From positions 434,001 to 498,000 of the forward strand of contig NMRA01000036.1 of the NCBI GenBank assembly GCA_002633005.1: a stretch of DNA of 64,000 nt. Reading direction: 5' to 3'. Positions within the stretch are counted from its first letter, which is position 1. Each line of letters starts with the position of its first letter. The stretch is from Phoronis australis. Taxonomy: Eukaryota; Animalia; Phoronida. Positions 1-12,023 of the stretch are shown in pieces. The translations under genes were made by a program, and so were the position numbers. The notes beneath the pieces are model-generated. The model saw nothing but the letters and a program-made list of their open reading frames with translations, was not told where the DNA came from and did not search any database.

Positions 1-94
1 CCTAGCGTTACTGAACGAGAGGCAGCAGGCCTATTCATACAGTGTGAATAACACACATCGGCCAGATGACGTCGTGTTTATCAGTGTACATGTA

Positions 95-1085
95 TGTGTT
101 TCAGGCACGCGGCTATAAAACATTAGGCCTACTGCAGAAATTAAATAGCTGCTGCTACGTCACTGACTTGCATGACAAGGCCATTTTCTCACTTTGTTGT
201 AAAGCTAACCAATGACTGTCAAGGTTACAGAAAGCAATGATAAAGGGCGGGCTACTCACTGGTTCCCTGTATGCCGCTAGGTGGTAGCCAGCACGCAGGT
301 ATCACTTAATTTTCCTCGGGAAATTTCTTTTACACCGGCATGCATGTGCTTCAAGCACGCGGCTATTAAACATTACTGCAAAAACGAAATAGTTGCTGCT
401 ACGCCACTTGCATGACAAGGCTAAAATTCGTTCATAGTCCGCCATTTTTCACGTTTGTTGTAAAGCTAATCAATGACTACCGAGGTTACCGTTCAACCAA
501 TGATAAAGCGCGTGCTACTGCGTGATACTTGCGAGCTGGCTAGACACGTAGGTAACCTCGCTCGTTCCTTGCGTGCCGCTAAGTGGTCGGTAGCCATCAG
601 GTAGGTATCACTTAATTTTCCTCGGGATTTTTTTTTTACACCGGCGTTTCTGAGTTGCTACCGAGTTGAATTCTCAACAGGCAGCTCTTTACGCTAACAA
701 ATTGGCATGACTGATGGACCGAAGTGATAATGTGGTCTGTTGTGCAGACAAATCAGTCCTTAAAATTTATGTTCGGGAAATGGGAATCCTAGAAATTGTG
801 GTTGCGCCTTTTCGGGGTACATCTTTCTACAGTGTCAATGACTTTTGTTTACGATACTGTACTGTATACATACAGTATGAATAACACACCGGTTAAATCG
901 GTCAGATAGTTGCTGCGACGCCACTTGCATGACAAGGCTAAAAATCGTTCACAGTCCGCCATTTTTTTCACGGTGTTGTGACGCCAACCAATGACTGCTG
1001 AGGTTACATCAACCAAATCTAAAGCACGTGCCACTGCATGATACCTGCGTGCTGGCTAGGCTCGTAGGGAACCAGCGAGCGCGTG
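95..1085. repeat. Three diverged copies of a ~230-290 bp repeat unit
   Basis: The block aatagYtgctgctacg..cacttgcatgacaagg..ccatttt..ccaatgactg..aggttac..caatgataaag recurs near 145, 390 and 905. Confidence 0.75.
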
Positions 1086-4000
1086 CTACTGCCTGTTACC
1101 TTCGTGCTGGCTACGAAGCGGCACGCGGGGAACCAGCCAGCAGTGCTAAGACCCTCTGAATTGCAACGTCCTCTGTCGGAAACTAATCTTGTGTATGAGT
1201 TTAATATTGTCCGATGGACTGAAGTCTCCATCTTTGCAACAGAGCTCAAGATATGTTGGCCACACGACACCGGTTCCTCGCCGGAGTCTAGGCGTCTGCG
1301 TGAGCTATCACCTGTAAGGGATCTTTCCACGAACACTGCATGCAGACTCATGGTTCTAAGATGACAAGGCGAAACTGAGACTAGAACTGTCATTCATGTT
1401 CGTGAGCGGGCCACAAAACAGTCAAAACTCTTAGAAGCCGTAGTCATAGAATTCTAAAAACAATATGACACTGGCCTCAGTAGCATTCATGAGTTATATA
1501 AGTAGTGCGATTTCTTACTCATAATTTGTTCTATTTGTATACTATAGTCCTGAGTTATCTGCAATTGCCGCCAGATGTTGCCCTATCTTGTATGTCTTTG
1601 ATATTTAAATTGTTAGCACACGTGGTTATATGTGATATTAGTTTTTCGCGGACTTGTATCGTTTTAGTTTTGGCCTGAGAATGAACAAACGTATGTTCAA
1701 AGATCCGTAACCAATAACTTATTGAATAAGTCTATGTTGGATTTATGTGTTGTCTTGTTGTCTATGCGATCGACAGTTCTTCATGAATTAAACTGCGCCC
1801 AAACTTGGATTTTATTGCGTAATTTGAACGTGTCGAATTCAAGATCGTGCTCAGTTCATCGAGTCAGATTTTCAACATTTTACTTTGGGACTATGGCTTA
1901 TAATACTGAAGTAATAATCCAAACAACCTTCGGCTTTTCATTGGCGATTACGGAGACCTACGGCGTCACGTGTCACTATATTCCGACGCAATGTCCGTGC
2001 TCCAGTGACGCCAGTTTCAAAAACATGGCCGGGTACTAAAACTCTTTTTGGAGTTTCCTGCGAGTGTGAAATCGGGATTCAAAGCATGCCTTGGGTGGCT
2101 ATAGACCAATGTTTCGAAAACTTAACATTCTGACAGCCCATAGTTTCGAAATCAAATTTCGGACAAAAAATTTGGCATCATACAAGTCCTTACGCATGTA
2201 TTTGCCGAATATGATACTTATCGTCGAACGGTAAAAGTATTGGTCTATTCTCTCTGTACCCGAAACTCGATTCCAAAATTTGACCAATATTGCATGCCAC
2301 ACTTCGGTTAACTTTTAATTACAATTTGCATTCGAATCACTCGGCGTAACTGGCAAAGTTTCGAGTCTGGCAAATTTAATATTCTTAGATTAAGCGATTA
2401 ATATACCAGGCCAACGAATCGGTAACCAATTAATATCTACAAAAATACAATTTAGAAAAAAAATGTGTTTACATAAAAAAGGTAAAGTTGACAGGTTTAC
2501 ATTGACAAATTTCATTTCAATTTGTACTAACAAAATATTAAAACTATGAGCGACCCGTGCGGTATGAATGTGATAAGTGAATGTGGATGTGATATGTTGT
2601 TTATCATCATATCTTAATTTGTACTCATTTGAGATAATGTATATTCAACACGATTTCGCGATTCTCAAGCTCCAGTTCAACAACGACTAGTCTGGAACTG
2701 TGACTTGAGTGTGGTGGACGTTATCGCCAAGACATGTCTCCATAGAAACACGCTGCGCTCTGTTGCTTGCCACCACAAGAACATTTAGCTTTAATTCAAA
2801 ATACTGTATATCATCAAACTACACTTTCTACGGTCTCAAATGTAATGCTTTTTCACACAATAAACACACATGAACCCATTTACTTATTTAATATCCGACT
2901 TCAAAAATCATGTCTTTTCTTAAGAATAACGATTACTCGTCCAACTGTAAATTAGATGGCGAGCGTTCTTACGACGATTCAGCCTAACTTTACCCTAATC
3001 TTAAAAATAACATTTAATAATAACAGGTGTCTGATGAGCTACATAACGTATAGGGTTCCACCTGAAAAACCCATGGATATACCAACTTTGAGGTATCAAT
3101 TCTAATTGACTGAATTTGAAAACGATCATGGTCAAACGTATGACCCGCTATTTCTTCAAAATGTACGGTTGATAGCGCTATCTATTGTTCGATTGTTTTG
3201 AATGGTCACCCTGCTTACGGACCAATTGTCTACATTTCCTAAATGGTCTGTTAAGTACATCGCTTTAACTCCGATAACAGTGTACTTGTATAATAACAAT
3301 GGCGTGACCCTGTATCGAAATTCAAGTTAAAGCTTTGGTGATAAGCAGGCCATAGATTTTAAGGGGCACTACCNGTTTCTGACATCAGCCTCAGCGCGTA
3401 ATAGATAAAACAACGGCAACAATCGCAGTCTTGAGAAGTGGCGATTTGTTATAAAATCACAGAACACAACGGATTTTGTTCTGTTATAGCTCTAGCTAAA
3501 CCTAATCACTTCCAGAAGTCTATCCCGCCCAATAATAATCGGCCGAGGAACCGATAATGTCCGCCTTCTATCGAAAAATACCACTGACTTTATTTAAATC
3601 CCTTATAGTTATAAAACTGGCATCAATTGGTTACATATTGTGGTTATCTCTAGGCTTGGGAAAAGCTGGAAGTTCATTATTGCATGAGACCCATGTTCGC
3701 ATAGAATGACCAGTCACTTTTAAGCCTCGACTAACTTAAAAAGCCCGTAACTCACTTCTAATCCGAGTTTCGAGAACCTAGTAAGCAAGAAAGTGAGGAC
3801 CAAGACTTACGACAAAGAGGTTAACAATGGACAGGCATGGAAGGCGCAGGCCCGGGCCCACGCGTCTGACTAGCGCATACACCCCAGTCGGTAGCTCCAC
3901 CTGTTGCGGACAACGTGACTGTGTTTTAATTACATGATTTGCCCCAGTTATCATGGGTTGTGTTGTGCTTTAAAGATGTTATTTCCTGTGGTTTCACTTA

Positions 4001-4458
4001 AAATGAGTCGCATCACCAATCAAACTAAAGGAAAACTAAAATGGGAAAATTTTAACTTACAGCACTGCATTCGCTTTTCTACAACCAATTTTACAACTTT
4101 TGTAGGTCCACATTTGTAAATCAACAGTGTCGAATATTTCATCATGTACCGTGAGTGCACAGCCAGAACTTTAGAAATTAAACCTAAATCTCTATATTAA
4201 ATTTCATATCAGATTATCATTCGGGAAGATGCTTTGACTATATTAGTGAATTTTAAAGTAAAACTGATAGAATAGCAACAAAGCATGAAATCTGAAGCCA
4301 AAGTGTCAACTACTGTCGGATCACGACGTGACACTTGTCTTAAAAAGTATCATTGTAGGGAATGGGGTTGTAAGCTATCGTTCCACGACTTACTGCCAAA
4401 ATTGGGCTCACTTTATATCTTACTCAGACGATAAGTGATTCTTGGATTTGCAGAGAAC

Positions 4459-4733
4459 TGATAGTTCGCAACCCTTGAGACCCGGGCATAAAATGACACA
4501 CCGTGTCAAACCAAATTGTAGAGCGGCTCAGCCTGGTCTCATGTTGTAAATGATAGTTCGCAACCCTTGAGACCCGGGCATAAAATGACACACCGTGTCA
4601 AACCAAATTGTAGAGCGGCTCAGCCTGGTCTCATGTTGTAAATGATAGTTCGCAACCCTTGAGACCCGGGCATAAAATGACACGCCGAGTCAAACCAAAT
4701 TGTAGATCGGCTCAGCCTGGTCTCATGTAGTAA
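4459..4733. repeat. 92-bp tandem repeat, 3 copies, each unit self-complementary
   Basis: Unit tgatagttcgcaacccttgagacccgggcataaaatgacacaccgtgtca...gcctggtctcatgttgtaaa starts at 4459, 4551 and 4643. Confidence 0.95.
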
Positions 4734-7700
4734 CTGTCAGTTCTTTTGAAGCTTTGAAGTTACCGCTTATTTGACTAAGGAACAACTTGAGACCAATTTT
4801 ATATTAGTACCGAAGTTGTTCAAATCAAAAGTTGGCTTTTGTGATGGATGACGGGTTCATAGCGGTTTTGTAACAAGCTTTGCTATGAAAAAGTTACCTT
4901 TATTTTTTTGTTAAATGAGAATTTAACAAACCATTTTTGATCTAAATGCTTTTCATCCCATTACACCTAAGGTATGAAAAACTCTTTTGTAGAATTGTGT
5001 TACCAAATAAATTCGTTTGTTGACATTGGAACCCAGACAGTGAACTGTTTCGTAGGAAATCTGGCCGTGAAACACTCACCCATCCTGGCGGCATATCCCG
5101 TATGCAAATTCCATGGCCCGGTGAAAAGATAACCAAGGTGCGAAATTCCGTTTACACACAGAACCAAGCTAACTTGTTATTTTTGTTTGAAAAGCGTCCC
5201 TACTTAATCAATTTGAACAACAGAACGATTATTTACAGTGCCATGCAATCCCAGTTGCCAACAATGTTGACTGAGTTCGATTTTAGTCTGACTCTCATTT
5301 AGACAAGAGACTGGTGACGGATTCGTTATAATTATTAGGACCATTTCCTTCGCACGCATTACCTCAGTAAAATACAAATCATCAAACAAGGTCCCGTTTC
5401 ACTGAAATGTCGTCAAATTACAACGTTCTACAGATTGATTCTAAATGGAAATTTGCAACCAGTAGTAAGTTTTAGCGTTAATCATAGTTTAGACTGGTTA
5501 AAAACGTCTAAAGATGCAACGTTTAGGTTTATTCAACGACACAGGTGACAAGATTGGACAAGACTTCCAAACTTGGACCGTTTTATATCAATTGCAGAAA
5601 ACCTTCCACTTTTTTGACGACAGAGTCCAATTGCTATCACGACAAGAAAAAATTTGAGACCACTTTGTGAGACCTATTCAGACGAGGTGATGAATGCATT
5701 TCACGTTAGGTTGTAAGTAAGACGAAAAGTCATATTTTAAACAACTGCACATGTTTCGTAGCAGCATCAAGCTCTTTATAATATAAAATGCAGTTAAAAC
5801 AACAATAACATTAATGGAACCCATGGTAAACTGAATTCGTTTAGATATTTTTTTTCTAAGCCCGTCGGGTACATGTCCCCAATTTTGAAACGAAAGAGAG
5901 TATTTGTTAAATATTCGGAATCGAGAAAAATATATTCTCTGACAAGTTTCAACATCGTCAATTCATGCCAAGAAAGTCGAATTAATTACATCACTAAACC
6001 AAAAAAGCGATGATCAGGTTACTTGGAACCACTTGAATACTTCATGTAATAGTTTCAAAAATCTCAAACTACAGTTCATGAAACCGGACATTTCTACCTA
6101 TTGCAATGAATCAATCTTAATTTAACGCCTCTACCATCGCCCACCCACTAACCCCAGTGTAACCTGAACAATAGAACACGGAAACAAGTCAGTCGGTTAG
6201 TAATGCCAGAACTATCAAAGCGTGACTCAGCGCCACTCTGACTGTTAATGAGAACTATTTTAACAAAACTTTTCCTTTTCTGTTGATTTTGCCTGATGAT
6301 AAAAACTACTGAAACATTAGGCCGTCTTCTCTATGATTACATTACGCACATTGGCATTTTCACTCTATCAGTCAATATCGCACATTAGTTTCCCTATCCC
6401 CACCAGGTATTTTTGTTTGATAACATGTTTTCTTTAAATAAAGTCATGAAAACGGTACTTTGCATGTTCAGGTAGATGCTGCGGCTGTTGATAAACTGAA
6501 GGGTTGCGGGCACCTACGGACAAATCATTGCAAACGTTATAGTGTAGCTGGGAGCCAGATGTTCCTAGAGTGAAGTGGATACTTTTTCGCCCACAACATG
6601 CTTTATAGACCCATTTCGGATACATCGCTGTCGCTGTTTCTGCACAAATATTTTTAATTAAAAATTTTCTAGGCTTCATACTAACGCCAACACGGAGATG
6701 ACAAAACCGCGTTGCAATGATAAAAAATGAAAAGACTGACTATTTCCTTATGCATTTCATATCGTCAGTGCAAGCACGAGAGGTTACCTTATGGACATAC
6801 ATGACTGTCTAACTACCGAGCAAGTTGTGTCACTTTATATTTCGAGACCACTGAGTCTGCATTTGCATTTGTCGACCAAAACCTAAAGCTGCGTTTCGCT
6901 TTTATTCAGCAGCAAAAACAAACAAACAAAAATTGAAATAGGCTTTTCACTCTTAAGAAATCTGTCTCATACATTCTTACTATATTATAAGACCGGTCGT
7001 ATGATAGTAGGCCTAACTAACTCGATTTTCGTTTTTAGCTTGATAATCAGGGCTGCAACTTTAAGTTCCTCGTATTTTGCATCCCTAATTACAAAGTTGT
7101 CTCACTCCAGTGTTGTCAACTAAGTGAACAAAACTGACACGCGAACCTACCTCGAACATTGACCAAGTTCTTGCTCTTCCAAATGCCATTAACGACCGTT
7201 GCAGATCGCACCTGCCTGACTTCGGTATAGTTGAGCTCTTGAAGAGAAAATAATGCGGAACAACGTTTACCTTTCTTATTAAGAGACAAGAGGTCCAGTC
7301 GAGGTGGGTAACGTCCCTTGAAACAACTCGTTCAAATATGATTTTACTTGTAACGATTGAAATTTATCATTTATAAAAACAGATCCTGAGACAACAACTA
7401 GAGCTCGACTAGACTACAAATTATTCAAAACTTTATATGAAAATTGGAAAACGAAAAAAATTATTAAGTAAAGAGTGAAAAATTGAGATGCCCCTGGAGA
7501 ACCCCACGGCCAAGGAGTGACTCACAAAATAAAGGGAGTAAGCAATAACCGACAATTTACTTTCAACCTTAATTATTGTGAGTTGTTTAATGTTTACAGG
7601 TCATTGCAATGTCCTTAAAGTGGGTCGCTCTGGGCTAAATTTGATGGGCATTACTAATTTTGACATCATTTGAACTGCATTCGTCACCGAATACGGCGCC

Positions 7701-9320
7701 CTGCCGTAAGTTTTGGAATGTAATAATAAGACTTAATCGAAACGCTTTGGGTTCAAAAAATCTTACCTTGCTCATCCGATCTCGAATTGTTGTCGAATGA
7801 ATTGACAACTGGACTCGATTTTAATGCTTCGAATTCGTAACTTTAGGGTAGGCCGTTTTCTCGAGTCGCTGATTTTTTCGACTGTTCTTTTTAGTAACTA
7901 AAATAGAATCTTATCACGATGAAAGTATATTATTTATTTTCGTTTTTAGCCAGCTAAACAGGGCGAAATGCAACTTTACGCGCGGTTATGTGGGACCTTA
8001 AGAACAAGTCTGGTTGTAGCAAAATTGGAGGGTACAAAATAACTCTGCAATTAAAGCCTGATAATACATTTTCTGAAAGTACAAAGCCTGTAAAATTTGA
8101 TTTTCAACTTTTCTGTCATTATTTGGGTCACATGATCATGCTTATGTAAAATTTAAGGGACAATCATTGCAAAAGACATTATTAACAACATATCCCGAGT
8201 CCATGTTATACGGTATACGAATACAAACCGTTAGGTATGTTCATGAAATCTCAAGCACGCTGTTACTGTTTTCTGAGATATCACTTCGTTTTCGTTTAAG
8301 TCAGCATTTGCTTTTTTGGAAAATCTTGAAGTCCTATTTCGACAGCCACTCATGGAATAGTAGAACTTCTAAAGACACTTCCTATTAGCGTGTTGAAGAA
8401 CAGTGCATTACGCACAGCTTGTGAACGTTTCATATGAATCCAATCAAGAATTTTGACAAATGACATTCCGAAGTCAGTAAAATTTGGACAATTTTTTGGG
8501 ACCTGCATGCACATGAAATTAGTCATAGCATTCCGGATACCCGCTAGTGATATTTCACTTGTATACATGAGTATTTAGAGTCTGGTATCGCACAAAATGG
8601 CGTTCAAGAGTGTTTAATCATCAAACATTCAACGAAAGGGTACGTTTCGTTGCGGTTCATTTTTTTAAATTTGAGTAATTGTCGCGTTTTATTATTTCGT
8701 TTCGTTTAGTTGCCGGGTTGATTATATAGTCACTGTATTTTGTTAACGTGTAAGTCTTTGCTTTCTAAAAGTCATCGTATTAATTTTATGAATCGGTAAG
8801 GTGCTACTTAGCGTTTTTTCCACGTTGTTGTGAAATTACTGAAATCTTAGTACCAGATAATTTATTTGATTAAAACGATAAGCTTCTCAGATAGAAAGTT
8901 GAGAAAACGCAGTTTGATCACGCCTTCCACAGTTACCGTTACGAAGTCTCACAAGGCAAGCGTACTGCAGCGACAGGTTCAGTTAACTTGTGATGTGCTT
9001 TTAATACAAGCCTGAGCGCAGCCGCATTATCGAAATGGGTCATGGGAAAGCAAACGAACAGTTGTGCGCAGTGGCATATCCATGATAACAAGAGACGGGA
9101 CCTGTCAACTCAGCTTTTGTTCACTTCAAACAGACATCTCAGCTCATAACTTTCCATCATAAGGCGGTGTTCCTGAGGGTTTCACTGAACTCGATGTCCG
9201 ACATTCATTCTTGTATTTGAATGAAGGATCGGGGATTTCCTAACTAGCGGGCCGTCCTGTTGGCATTTATAAATATGTATACAGACACGCACACGCACAA
9301 GCACACGTGCACTCAAACAC

Positions 9321-9334
9321 CACGCACGTACGTA

Positions 9335-9378
<44 letters not shown>

Positions 9379-9380
9379 CT
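9321..9380. repeat. (GCAC)n microsatellite
   Basis: Direct read: cacgcacgtacgtacgcacgcacgcacgcacg... Confidence 0.95.
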
Positions 9381-10110
9381 CACACCCATAGTGGGACACA
9401 GACTTCCAAAGTATCAGTCAATTTTGAGATTGTATTGAAGTTTGATTGGTACAGCAATTCTGCGCAGACATATTAGAACAATAGAGTTTAACCGTACATG
9501 AGAGCGTGGGCACGTGACTGAACCGTATTCTTCAAAGCCAAACAAGTAGGCCTATCATCAGGCAAAATAGCGCCATTCAAGCAGTGCCCGCTTAAAGAAA
9601 AGCAACCAGCAAATCAACAAGGAGGGAAACGTGAATGGTAACATCTACTATGCTCATGTTTCTACCCAGAATTAAAGAGCAAAATTCAACTTAATGAAGT
9701 TTCGTTTAATTTTTCCATTTTCAAAATTATCATGCCTAGAAAAATATGCAACAACTAATGTGACAGGTTAAATCTTTGCCACACCATTCAACAACAACGA
9801 GCGCAATCGCCAGAAGCATCGATTTGTTAATATCATTATGCCGAGCAAAAGTAGACACAATGCAAATTATTTGTGATATCCCCGCAGCAGTGGCACTGAA
9901 CAATGCTGCTCTGATTTAGACGGTGTGGCGACTGAGATGGCGGATAAAATCGAAAAAGTGGGACAGTCCGCCAAGAGCGGTACATACACTGTACGCTGTC
10001 AGCAACACAAAGTACTGGACTGGGTTCTTTCACAAGGTAAAATTTCATGTTTTAAAATCTTATTTCACAGGTATAGGTAAATACTACAGATAACTGTAGG
10101 CCTACATCTC

Positions 10111-10134
10111 AGGGTTAGTGTTAGGGTTAGGGTT
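10111..10134 (+). repeat. Short interstitial TTAGGG-like tract
   Basis: agggttagtgttagggttagggtt. Confidence 0.5.
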
Positions 10135-12023
10135 CAGATTATGGGCTAAACTTTTCATTTAGGCCAAATGTAATTTGTTTCCGTAAAATACTGTAACACG
10201 ATTTTAACACCCAAAATGTCTTGTTGAAAAACTCCTGGCATGTAGTATGACAGGTTGTCGAAAGTGGTTCTACGACTGGAGCTAAAAATGTCAGAGACCA
10301 AACTACTCCAGGCATCCACCCAGGGCCACGTGACAGGTCGGTGCTTATAAAAAATGACTAGTGTAATTCCCAGATTTGTTGACTAATTTTAGCGAGAAAT
10401 GGATGATTGTATGTAATCGTACCTCAGTGGACTCGCTTGACGAACAAATAACAAAACGAAAACAAAACAATGAAATTGGGCTTCATTTGATAACTACCAA
10501 CTTTCGATCAAAACTCAGTCGAGCAGGCAGCCGGAAAAACTTAGTGCAAACTCTCGCGGCTAATCTCAGGGCCGTAAACTCTAATAATAGAATACATTGG
10601 TCACATGCAGGAGTCGGCATTCCAGGGGTAAAGTTCTATGCAAATAGGAAGGGCGCCGGAAGTACCTCTGTGGATCTTCGAATTCCGAGAAACAAGGGGC
10701 AACTTTAGTGAACATTACGAAATAACTAATTTCTCTACATATGTAATGATAGGTAGTTTACAACTATCTACATAGAGTGGTACATGAGCATACGTTTGCT
10801 ACTATTTTTTACTGATTATCTGGTTAAAGAGAACATTTTTTTCGTAGCATGTACCTCCATCTCCCGTAAGAATGCAAACAGTTTCGGAAGTGATCCAAGA
10901 ATCTCATAGATCCTTTTTTAAATTTTATTACATTATGTTTTAGTAATGTGGTGATATCTCCATGGCAACTACGCGAGTCAAATCTGTGTATCTTTAACAT
11001 CATTACACCCTCTTTTTGCACGTTTTTGTCACACACAAAAAAATCTTAATTGCAGTTTGAGCAGAGAGGAAATTCAACCCGGAAAAGTCGCCGTTGATGC
11101 GATCGCCTCAGGTGCTGTGCAGTGCTATCGCAACGCAACCTGATTAAATTGAACCAGTTGTAATCCACTGTGCGTTATGGAATGCTCATGTACATTGTAC
11201 GCTGCATGGCGGAGTGAATTTTCTAAAGTTTTTGCTGGTTACCAGTGGGAACTCATTTAAGAGGCATGCAAGGGACCTACCGCTCAAACGTGCGTTTTTC
11301 ACAGCCATATCTCATGAGTTGTGAACTTGGAGGTGACTTCTCTGAATCATAAGCCGAAAATGTATCCCTATGAATTAAAACCCCTCCCTAAGTGCCTATT
11401 TCATGAGCTAGGGAAAGGACCCAGTTTTGCTAGAGAATAAAGAACTCTACAAAAGGTTATACAATGTTTTCGTTTGTGTTTTTTACATCGAAATGATTAA
11501 CGCGAATCCATGGAGTCGTTACCTTAAATTCAATTCCTTAAAAAACATATTGCGGATTTTAAACCCCGTAAAACTTATTAAGTGAAAAATCCACGAAGAG
11601 GTGAGTGATGTCACTGCCATTACCGTTGTAATACACTGTCTTCCCAAAGATACTGCTTTCCGTATAGGGGTTGAAAGAGGAATAAATACTTCATAAACAA
11701 ATAATAACAACTGGATAAGTAGCCTTGGCCGACTTTTGTTAACACCGAAAATTAAATCAATACAAAAAGCATCTTATCAATATTAGATCCAATTTTTGGT
11801 AATGGCTGTAAATACTCCAGCCGCATCAGCAACTTTACAAGTTGGCCTCACAAATGTCTTAACTATTGCCTACGGTGCGCTCGAAATTCAGCTTCATCGT
11901 CCGTTGCTGTGATCGATCAGACACTTCGGGAAGTCCAGCGTACACGCATGTTTTAGGGTGGACATAATGACAAGGCCAGGCTTCGACACAAGCATGCCAA
12001 ACTTGCATTATAAGGGAGAGTTA

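Noticed and set aside
4459-4733. CRISPR-like regular repeat
   Set aside because: There are no unique spacers and no cas genes, and the context is eukaryotic.
10111-10134. Telomere or fusion scar
   Set aside because: Only 2-3 imperfect TTAGGG units are present, and such tracts are common inside invertebrate repeats.
849-11710. Short ORFs of 60-124 aa in the first 12 kb
   Set aside because: They show no recognisable domains or splice-consistent exon chain and fit random ORFs in repeat-rich DNA.
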